64,000 bases of DNA, taken from assembly GCF_009914755.1 (NCBI RefSeq), contig NC_060942.1; one strand, written 5' to 3'. The notes beneath the pieces are model-generated. The model saw only the letters and a list, made by a program, of their open reading frames with translations. It did no database searches and was not told where the DNA came from. Position numbers and translations under genes: made by a program. Below are positions 1-10,300 of this stretch, piece after piece. The stretch is from the human T2T-CHM13v2.0 reference genome, Homo sapiens. Position 1 is the stretch's first letter, and the number at the start of each line of letters is the position of its first letter.

Positions 1-275
1 ATGATTGCATTCAAGTCACAGAATTGAACATTCCCTTTCACAGAGCAGGTTTGAAACACTCTTTTTGTAGTGTGTGTAAGTGGACATTTGGAGCGCTTTC
101 CGGCCTAAGGTGAAAAAAGAAATATCTTCCCATAAAAACTAGACAGAAGCATCCTCAGAAACTTACTCGTGATGTGTTTCCTCAACTAAAGGAGTAGAAC
201 CTTTCTATTCATAGAGAAGTTTTGAAACGCTCTTTTTGTGGAATCTCCAAGTGGATATTTGGATAGTTTTGAGGA

Positions 276-292
276 TTTCGTTGGAAGCGGGA
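276..292 (+). promoter_or_regulatory. CENP-B box, class 1 (EcoRI-adjacent); recurs once per HOR
   Basis: TTTCGTTGGAAGCGGGA matches the nTTCGnnnnAnnCGGGn core. Confidence 0.95.
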
Positions 293-442
293 ATTCATAC
301 AAATTGCAGACTGCAGCGTTCTGAGAAACATCTTTGTGATGTTTGTATTCAGGACACAGAGATGAACATTCCCTATCATAGAGCAGGTTGGAATCACTCC
401 TTTTGTAGTATCTGGAAGTGGACATTTGGAGCGCTTTCAGGC

Positions 443-459
443 CTATGTTGAAAAAGGAA
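443..459 (+). promoter_or_regulatory. A-box (pJalpha-like) in the alternate monomers; equivalents at 785, 1127 and 1465
   Basis: CTATGTTGAAAAAGGAA, CCATGTTGGAAAGGGAA, CTACGTTGGAAAAGGAA and CTAAGGTGAAAAGGAA-type sequences sit at the CENP-B-box-homologous position in every second monomer. Confidence 0.8.
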
Positions 460-613
460 ATATCTTCCCATAACAACTAGACACAAGCATTCTCAGAAAC
501 TTGTTTGTGATGTGTGCCCTCTACTGACAGAGTTGAACCTTTCTTTTCATAGAGCAGTTTTGAAACACTCTTTTTGTAGAATCCGCAAGAGGATATTTGC
601 ATAGCTTTGAAGA

Positions 614-630
614 TTTCGTGGGAAGCGGGA
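614..630 (+). promoter_or_regulatory. CENP-B box, class 2; recurs once per HOR
   Basis: TTTCGTGGGAAGCGGGA here and TTTCGTGGGAAACGGGA in other HORs; core nucleotides intact. Confidence 0.93.
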
Positions 631-955
631 TTGTCTTCAGGTAAAATCTAGACAGAAGCATTCTCAGAACCTTCTTTGGGATGTTTGCATTCAAGTCACA
701 GAGTAGAACATTCCCTTTGGTAGAGCAGGTTTGAAACACTCTTTTTGTAGTATCTGGAAGTGGACATTTGGAGCGCTTTCAGGCCCATGTTGGAAAGGGA
801 AATATCTTCCCGTAACAACTAGGCAGAAGCATTCTCAGAAACTTATTTGAGATGTGTGGACTCAACTAAGAGAATTGAACCACCGTTTTGAAGGAGCAGT
901 TTTGAAACACTCTTTTTCTGGAATCTGCAAGAGTATATTTGCCTAGCCTTGAGGA

Positions 956-972
956 TTTCGTTGGAAACGGGA
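956..972 (+). promoter_or_regulatory. CENP-B box, class 3; recurs once per HOR
   Basis: TTTCGTTGGAAACGGGA, canonical. Confidence 0.95.
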
Positions 973-1176
973 TTGTCTTCAGATAAAATCTAGACAGAAG
1001 CATTCTCAGAAACTTCTTTGGGATGTTTGCATTCAAGTCACAGAGTAGAACATTCCCTTTGGTAGAGCAGGTTTGAAACACTCTTTTTTTAGTATATGGA
1101 AGTGGACATTTGGAGCGCTTTCAGGCCTACGTTGGAAAAGGAAATATCTTCCCATAACAACTAGACAGAAGCATTC

Positions 1177-1194
1177 TCAGAAACTAGTTTCTGA
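1177..1194. other. Perfect 18-bp palindrome TCAGAAACTAGTTTCTGA (contains SpeI site), once per canonical HOR
   Basis: TCAGAAACT is the exact reverse complement of AGTTTCTGA. Confidence 0.95.
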
Positions 1195-1297
1195 TGTGTG
1201 TCCTCAACTAACACAGTTGTACATTTCTTTAGACAGAACAGTTTTGAAACACTCTTTTTGTGGAATCTGCAAGTGGATATTGGGCTAGATTTGAGGA

Positions 1298-1314
1298 TTT
1301 CGTTGGAAACGGGA
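1298..1314 (+). promoter_or_regulatory. CENP-B box, class 4; recurs once per 8-mer, absent from the 6-mer
   Basis: TTTCGTTGGAAACGGGA followed by TTACATATAAAA. Confidence 0.95.
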
Positions 1315-4300
1315 TTACATATAAAAAGCAGTAAGCAGCATTCTCAGAAAGTTCTTTGTGATGATTGCATTCAAGTCACAGAATTGAACATTCCCTTTCA
1401 CAGAGCAGGTTTGAAACACTCTTTTTGTAGTGTGTGTAAGTGGACATTTGGAGCGCTTTCCGGCCTAAGGTGAAAAAGGAAATATTTTCCCATAAAAACT
1501 AGACAGAAGCATTCTCAGAAACTTACTCGTGATGTGTGTCCTCAACTAAAGGAGTAGAACCTTTCTATTCATAGAGAAGTTTTGAAACGCTCTTTTTGTG
1601 GAATCTCCAAGTGGATATTTGGCTAGTGTTGAGGATTTCGTTGGAAGCGGGAATTCATACAAATTGCAGACTGCAGCGTTCTGAGAAACATCTTTGTGAT
1701 GTTTGTATTCAGGACACAGAGATGAACATTCCCTATCATAGAGCATGTTGGAATCACTCCTTTTGTAGTATCTGGAAGTGGACATTTGGAGCGCTTTCAG
1801 GCCTATGTTGAAAAAGGAAATATCTTCCCATAGCAACTAGACACAAGCATTCTCAGAAACTTGTTTGTGATGTGTGCCCTCTACTGACAGAGTTGAACCT
1901 TTCTTTTCATAGAGCAGTTTTGAAACACTCTTTTTGTAGAATCTGCAAGAGGATATTTGCATAGCTTTGAGGATTTCGTGGGAAACGGGATTGTCTTCAG
2001 GTAAAATCTAGACAGAAGCATTCTCAGAAACTTCTTTGGGATGTTTGCATTCAAGTCACAGAGTAGAACATTCCCTTTGGTAGAGTAGGTTTGAAACACT
2101 CTTTTTGTAGTATCTGGAAGTGGACATTTGGAGCGCTTTCAGGCCCATGTTGGAAAGGGAAATATCTTCCCGTAACAACTAGGCAGAAGCATTCTCAGAA
2201 ACGTATTTGAGATGTGTGGACTCAACGAAGAGATTTGAACCACCGTTTTGAAGGAGCAGTTTTGAAACACTCTTTTTCTGGAATCTGCAAGAGTATATTT
2301 GCCTAGCCTTGAGGATTTCGTTGGAAACGGGATTGTCTTCACATAAAATCTAGACAGAAGCATTCTCAGAAACTTCTTTGGGATGTTTGCATTCAAGTCA
2401 CAGAGTAGAACATTCCCTTTGGTAGAGCAGGTTTGAAACACTCTTTTTTTAGTATATGGAAGTGGACATTTGGAGCGCTTTCAGGCCTACGTTGGAAAAG
2501 GAAATATCTTCCCATAACAACTAGACAGAAGCATTCTCAGAAACTAGTTTCTGATGTGTGTCCTCAACTAACACAGTTGAACTTTTCTTTAGACAGAACA
2601 GTTTTGAAACACTCTTTTTGTGGAATCTGCAAGTGGATATTGGGCTAGATTTGAGGATTTCGTTGGAAACGGGATTACATATAAAAAGCAGACAGCAGCA
2701 TTCTCAGAAAGTTCTTTGTGATGATTGCATTCAAGTCACAGAATTGAACATTCCCTTTCACAGAGCAGGTTTGAAACACTCTTTTTGTAGTGTGTGTAAG
2801 TGGACATTTGGAGCGCTTTCCGGCCTAAGGTGAAAGAGGAAATATCTTCCCATAAAAACTAGACAGAAGCATTCTCAGAAACTTACTCGTGATGTGTGTC
2901 CTCAACTAAAGGAGCAGAACCTTTCTATTCATAGAGAAGTTTTGAAACGCTCTTTTTGTGGAATCTCCAAGTGGATATTTGGCTAGTTTTGAGGATTTCG
3001 TTGGAAGCGGGAATTCATACAAATTGCAGACTGCAGCGTTCTGAGAAACATCTTTGTGATGTTTGTATTCAGGACAGAGAGATGAACATTCCCTATCATA
3101 GAGCATGTTGGAATCACTCCTTTTGTAGTATCTGGAAGTGGACATTTGGAGCGCTTTCAGGCCTATGTTGAAAAAGGAAATATCTTCCCATAACAACTAG
3201 ACACAAGCATTCTCAGAAACTTGTTTGTGATGTGTGCCCTCTACTGACAGAGTTGAACCTTTCTTTTCATAGAGCAGTTTTGAAACACTCTTTTTGTAGA
3301 ATCCGCAAGAGGATATTTGCATAGCTTTGAGGATTTCGTGGGAAACGGGATTGTCTTCAGGTAAAATCTAGACAGAAGCATTCCCAGAAACTTCTTTGGG
3401 ATGTTTGCATTCAAGTCACAGAGTAGAACATTCCCTTTGGTAGAGCAGGTTTGAAACACTCTTTTTGTAGTATCTGGAAGTGGACATTTGGAGCGCTTTC
3501 AGGCCCATGTTGGAAAGGGTAATATCTTCCCGTAACAACTAGGCAGAAGCATTCTCAGAAACTTATTTGAGATGTGTGTACTCAACTAAGAGAATTGAAA
3601 CACCGTTTTGAAGGAGCAGTTTTGAAACCCTCTTTTTCTGGAATCTGCAAGAGTATATTTGCCTAGCCTTGAGGATTTCGTTGGAAACGGGATTGTCTTC
3701 AGATAAAATCTAGACAGAAGCATTCTCAGAAACTTCTTTGGGATGTTTGCATTCAAGTCACAGAGTAGAACATTCCCTTTGGTAGAGCAGGTTTGAAACA
3801 CTCTTTTTTTAGTATATGGAAGTGGACATTTGGAGCGCTTTCAGGCCTACGTTGGAAAAGGAAATATCTTCCCATAACAACTAGACAGAAGCATTCTCAG
3901 AAACTAGTTTCTGATGTGTGTCCTCAACTAACACAGTTGAACTTTTCTTTAGACAGAACAGTTTTGAAACACTCTTTTTGTGGAATCTGCAAGTGGATAT
4001 TGGGCTAGATTTGAGGATTTCGTTGGAAACGGGATTACATATAAAAAGCAGACAGCAGCATTCTCAGAAAGTTCTTTGTGATGATTGCATTCAAGTCACA
4101 GAATTGAACATTCCCTTTCACAGAGCAGGTTTGAAACACTCTTTTTGTAGTGTGTGTAAGTGGACATTTGGAGCGCTTTCCGGCCTAAGGTGAAAAAAGA
4201 AATATCTTCCCATAAAAACTAGACAGAAGCATCCTCAGAAACTTACTCGTGATGTGTTTCCTCAACTAAAGGAGTAGAACCTTTCTATTCATAGAGAAGT

Positions 4301-7300
4301 TTTGAAACGCTCTTTTTGTGGAATCTCCAAGTGGATATTTGCCTAGTTTTGAGGATTTCGTTGGAAGCGGGAATTCATACAAATTGCAGACTGCAGCGTT
4401 CTGAGAAACATCTTTGTGATGTTTGTATTCAAGACACAGAGATGAACATTCCCTATCATAGAGCATGTTGGAATCACTCCTTTTGTAGTATCTGGAAGTG
4501 GACATTTGGAGCGCTTTCAGGCCTATGTTGAAAAAGGAAATATCTTCCCATAACAACTAGACACAAGCATTCTCAGAAACTTGTTTGTGATGTGTGCCCT
4601 CTACTGACAGAGTTGAACCTTTCTTTTCATAGAGCAGTTTTGAAACACTGTTTTTGTAGTATCCGTAAGAGGATATTTGCATAGCTTTGAGGATTTCGTG
4701 GGAAACGGGATTGTCTTCAGGTAAAATCTAGACAGAAGCATTCTCAGAAACTTCTTTGGGATGTTTGCATTCAAATCACAGAGTAGAACATTCCCTTTGG
4801 TAGAGCAGGTTTGAAACACTCTTTTTGTAGTATCTGGAAGTGGACATTTGGAGCGCTTTCAGGCCCATGTTGGAAAGGGAAATATCTTCCCGTAACAACT
4901 AGGCAGAAGCATTCTCAGAAACTTATTTGAGATGTGTGGACTCAACTAAGAGAATTGAACCACCGTTTTGAAGGAGCAGTTTTGAAACACTCTTTTTCTG
5001 GAATCTGCAAGAGTATATTTGCCTAGCCTTGAGGATTTCGTTGGAAACGGGATTGTCTTCAGATAAAATCTAGACAGAAGCATTCTCAGAAACTTCTTTG
5101 GGATGTTTGCATTCAAGTCACAGAGTAGAACATTCCCTTTGGTAGAGCAGGTTTGAAACACTCTTTTTTTAGTATATGGAAGTGGACATTTGGAGCGCTT
5201 TCAGGCCTACGTTGGAAAAGGAAATATCTTCCCATAACAACTAGACAGAAGCATTCTCAGAAACTAGTTTCTGATGTGTGTCCTCAACTGACACAGTTGT
5301 ACATTTCTTTAGACAGAACAGTTTTGAAACACTCTTTTTGTGGAATCTGCAAGTGGATATTGGGCTAGATTTGAGGATTTCGTTGGAAACGGGATTACAT
5401 ATAAAAAGCAGTCAGCAGCATTCTCAGAAAGTTCTTTGTGATGATTGCATTCAAGTCACAGAATTGAACATTCCCTTTCACAGAGCAGGTTTGAAACACT
5501 CTTTTTGTAGTGTGTGTAAGTGGACATTTGGAGCGCTTTCCGGCCTAAGGTGAAAAAGGACATATCTTCCCATAAAAATTAGACAGAAGCATTCTCAGAA
5601 ACTTACTCGTGATGTGTGTCCTCAACTAAAGGAATAGAACCTTTCTATTCATAGAGAAGTTTTGAAACGCTCTTTTTGTGGAATCTCCAAGTGGATATTT
5701 GGCTAGTTTTGAGGATTTCGTTGGAAGCGGGAATTCATACAAATTGCAGACTGCAGAGTTCTGAGAAACATCTTTGTGATGTTTGTATTCAAGACACAGA
5801 GATGAACATTCCCTATCATAGAGCATGTTGGAATCACTCCTTTTGTAGTATCTGGAAGTGGACATTTGGAGCGCTTTCAGGCCTATGTTGAAAAAGGAAA
5901 TATCTTCCCATAACAACTAGTCACAAGCATTCTCAGAAACTTGTTTGTGATGTGTGCCCTCTACTGACAGAGTTGAACCTTTCTTTTCATAGAGCAGTTT
6001 TGAAACACTCTTTTTGTAGAATCCGCAAGAGGATATTTGCATAGCTTTGAGGATTTCGTGGGAAACGGGATTGTCTTCAGGTAAAATCTAGACAGAAGCA
6101 TTCTCAGAAACTTCTTTGGGATGTTTGCATTCAAGTCACAGAGTAGAACATTCCCTTTGGTAGAGCAGGTTTGAAACACTCTTTTTGTAGTATCTGGAAG
6201 TGGACATTTGGAGCGCTTTCAGGCCCATGTTGGAAAGGGAAATATCTTCCCGTAACAACTAGGCAGAAGCATTCTCAGAAACTTATTTGAGATGTGTGTA
6301 CTCAACTAAGAGAATTGAACCACCGTTTTGAAGGAGCAGTTTTGAAACACTCTTTTTCTGGAATCTGCAAGAGTATATTTGCCTAGCCTTGAGGATTTCG
6401 TTGGAAACGGGATTGTCTTCAGATAAAATCTAGACAGAAGCATTCTCAGAAACTTCTTTGGGATGTTTGCATTCAAGTCACAGAGTAGAACATTCCCTTT
6501 GGTAGAGCAGGTTTGAAACACTCTTTTTTTAGTATATGGAAGGACATTTGGAGCGCTTTCAGGCCTACGTTGGAAAAGGAAATATCTTCCCATAACAACT
6601 AGACAGAAGCCTTCTCAGAAACTAGTTTCTGATGTGTGTCCTCAACTAACACAGTTGAACTTTTCTTTAGACAGAACAGTTTTGAAACACTCTTTTTGTG
6701 GAATCTGCAAGTGGATATTGGGCTAGATTTGAGGATTTCGTTGGAAACGGGATTACATATAAAAAACAGACAGCAGCATTCTCAGAAAGTTCTTTGTGAT
6801 GATTGCATTCAAGTCACAGAATTGAACATTCCCTTTCACAGAGCAGGTTTGAAACACTCTTTTTGTAGTGTGTGTAAGTGGACATTTGGAGCGCTTTCCG
6901 TCCTAAGGTGAAAAAGGACATATCTTCCCATAAAAACTAGACGGAAGCATCCTCAGAAACTTACTCGTGATGTGTGTCCTCAACTAAAGGAGTAGAACCT
7001 TTCTATTCATAGAGAAGTTTTGAAACGCTCTTTTTGTGGAATCTCCAAGTGGATATTTGGCTAGTTTTGAGGATTTCGTTGGAAGCGGGAATTCATACAA
7101 ATTGCAGACTGCAGCGTTCTGAGAAACATCTTTGTGATGTTTGTATTCAGGACACAGAGATGAACATTCTCTATCATAGAGCAGGTTGGAATCACTCCTT
7201 TTGCAGTATCTGGAAGTGGACATTTGGAGCGCTTTCAGGCCTATGTTGAAAAAGGAAATATCTTCCCATAACAACTAGACACAAGCATTCTCAGAAACTT

Positions 7301-10300
7301 GTTTGTGATGTGTGCCCTCTACTGACAGAGTTGAACCTTTCTTTTCATAGAGCAGTTTTGAAACACTCTTTTTGTAGAATCTGCAAGAGGATATTTGCAT
7401 AGCTTTGAGGATTTCGTGGGAAACGGGATTGTCTTCAGGTAAAATCTAGACAGAAGCATTCTCAGAAACTTCTTTGGGATGTTTGCATTCAAGTCACAGA
7501 GTAGAACATTCCCTTTGGTAGAGCAGGTTTGAAACACTCTTTTTGTAGTATCTGGAAGTGGACATTTGGAGCGCTTTCAGGCCCATGTTGGAAAGGGAAA
7601 TATCTTCCCGTAACAACTAGGCAGAAGCATTCTCAGAAACTTATTTGAGATGTGTGTACTCAACTAAGAGAATTGAACCACCGTTTTGAAGGAGCAGTTT
7701 TGAAACACTCTTTTTCTGGAATCTGCAAGAGTATATTTGCCTAGCCTTGAGGATTTCGTTGGAAACGGGATTGTCTTCAGATAAAATCTAGACAGAAGCA
7801 TTCTCAGAAACTTCTTTGGGATGTTTGCATTCAAGTCACAGAGTAGAACATTCCCTTTGGTAGAGCAGGTTTGAAACACTCTTTTTTTAGTATATGGAAG
7901 TGGACATTTGGAGCGCTTTCAGGCCTACTTTGGAAAAGGAAATATCTTCCCATAACAACTAGACAGAAGCATTCTCAGAAACTAGTTTCTGATGTGTGTC
8001 CTCAACTAACACAGTTGTACATTTCTTTAGACAGAACAGTTTTGAAACACTCTTTTTGTGGAATCTGCAAGTGGATATTGGGCTAGATTTGAGGATTTCG
8101 TTGGAAACGGGATTACATATAAATAGCAGTCAGCAGCATTCTCAGAAAGTTCTTTGTGATGATTGTATTCTAGTCACAGAATTGAACATTCCCTTTCATA
8201 GAGCAGGTTTGAAACACTCTTTTTGTAGTGTGTGTAAGTGGACATTTGGAGCGCTTTCCGGCCTAAGGTGAAAAAGGACATATCTTCCCATAAAAACTAG
8301 ACAGAAGCATTCTCAGAAACTTACTCGTGATGTGTGTCCTCAACTAAAGGAGTAGAACCTTTCTATTCATAGAGAAGTTTTGAAACGCTCTTCTTGTGAA
8401 ATCTCCAAGTGGATATTTGGCTAGTTTTGAGGATTTCGTTGGAAGCGGGAATTCATACAAATTGCAGACTGCAGCGTTCTGAGAAACATCTTTGTGATGT
8501 TTGTATTCAAGACACAGAGATGAACATTCCCTATCATAGAGCATGTTGGAATCACTCCTTTTGTAGTATCTGGAAGTGGACATTTGGAGCGCTTTCAGGC
8601 CTATGTTGAAAAAGGAAATATCTTCCCATAACAACTAGACACAAGCATTCTCAGAAACTTGTTTGTGATGTGTGCCCTCTACTGACAGAGTTGAACCTTT
8701 CTTTTCATAGAACAGTTTTGAAACACTCTTTTATAGAATCCGCAAGAGGATATTTGCATAGCTTTGAGGATTTCGTGGGAAACGGGATTGTCTTCAGGTA
8801 AAATGTAGACAGAAGCATTGTCAGAAACTTCTTTGGGATGTTTGCATTCAAGTCACAGAGTAGAACATTCCCTTTGGTAGAGCAGGTTTGAAATACTCTT
8901 TTAGTAGTATCTGGAAGTGGACATTTGGAGCGCTTTCAGGCCCATGTTGGAAAGGGAAATATCTTCCCGTAACAACTAGGCAGAAGCATTCTCAGAAACT
9001 TATTTGAGATGTGTGTACTCATCTAAGAGAATTGAACCACCGTTTTGAAGGAGCAGTTTTGAAACCCTCTTTTTCTGGAATCTGCAAGAGTATATTTGCC
9101 TAGCCTTGAGGATTTCGTTGGAAACGGGATTGTCTTCAGATAAAATCTAGACAGAAGCATTCTCAGAAACTTCTTTGGGATGTTTGCATTCAAGTCACAG
9201 AGTAGAACATTCCCTTTGGTAGAGCAGGTTTGAAACACTCTTTTTTTAGTATATGGAAGTGGACATTTGGAGCGCTTTCAGGCCTACGTTGGAAAAGGAA
9301 ATATCTTCCCATAACAACTAGACAGAAGCATTCTCAGAAACTGGTTTCTGATGTGTTTCCTCAACTAACACAGTTGTACATTTCTTTATACAGAACAGTT
9401 TTGAAACACTCTTTTTGTGGAATCTGCAAGTGGATATTGGGCTAGATTTGAGGATTTCGTTGGAAACGCGATTACATATAAAAAGCAGACAGCAGCATTC
9501 TCAGAAAGTTCTTTGTGATGATTGCATTCAAGTCACAGAATTGAACATTCCCTTTCACAGAGCAGGTTTGAAACACTCTTTTTGTAGTGTGTGTAAGTGG
9601 ACATTTGGAGCGCTTTCCGGCCTAAGGTGAAAAAGGAAATATCTTCCCATAAAAACTAGACAGAAACATTCTCAGAAACTTATTCGTGATGTGTGTCCTC
9701 AACTAAAGGAGTAGAACCTTTCTATTCATAGAGAAGTTTTGAAACGCTCTTTTTGTGCAATCTCCAAGTGGATATTTGGCTAGTTTTGAAGATTTCGTTG
9801 GAAGCGGGAATTCATACAAATTGCAGACTGCAGCGTTCTGAGAAACATCTTTGTGATGTTTGTATTCAGGACACAGAGATGAACATTCCCTATCATACAG
9901 CAGGTTGGAATCACTCCTTTTGTAGTATCTGGAAGTGGACATTTGGAGCGCTTTCAGGCCTATGTTGAAAAAGGAAATATCTTCCCATAACAACTAGACA
10001 CAAGCATTCTCAGAAACTTGTTTGTGATGTGTGCCCTCTACTGACAGAGTTGAACGTTTCTTTTCATAGAGCAGTTTTGAAACACTCTTTTTGTAGAATC
10101 CGCAAGAGGATATTTGCATAGCTTTGAGGATTTCGTGGGAAACGGGATTGTCTTCAGGTAAAATCTAGACAGAAGCATTCTCAGAAACTTCTTTGGGATG
10201 TTTGCATTCAAGTCACAGAGTAGAACATTCCCTTTGGTAGAGCAGGTTTGAAACACTCTTTTTGTACTATCTGGAAGTGGACATTTGGAGCGCTTTCAGG

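Larger units (their letters stand above)
291..1650 (+). repeat. Representative canonical HOR unit (EcoRI to EcoRI, 1360 bp, 8 monomers = 4 dimers of 338/342/342/338 bp)
   Basis: GAATTC at 291, 1651, 3011, 4371, 5731 and onward. Box-equivalent positions at 276, 443, 614, 785, 956, 1127, 1298, 1465 and 1636 give the monomer spacings. Confidence 0.97.

Noticed and set aside
490-498. TTCTCAGAA resembling a STAT/GAS motif (TTCN3GAA) in most monomers
   Set aside because: It is a universal part of the alphoid consensus, and nothing in this sequence supports a function.
1127-1143. CTACGTTGGAAAAGGAA as a fifth CENP-B box
   Set aside because: It lacks the TTCG and CGGG core bases and sits in the A-box monomer position.
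1318-1326. TATAAAA TATA-like element after the class 4 box
   Set aside because: It is a short AT-rich match common in alphoid monomers, with no evidence of promoter activity from sequence alone.
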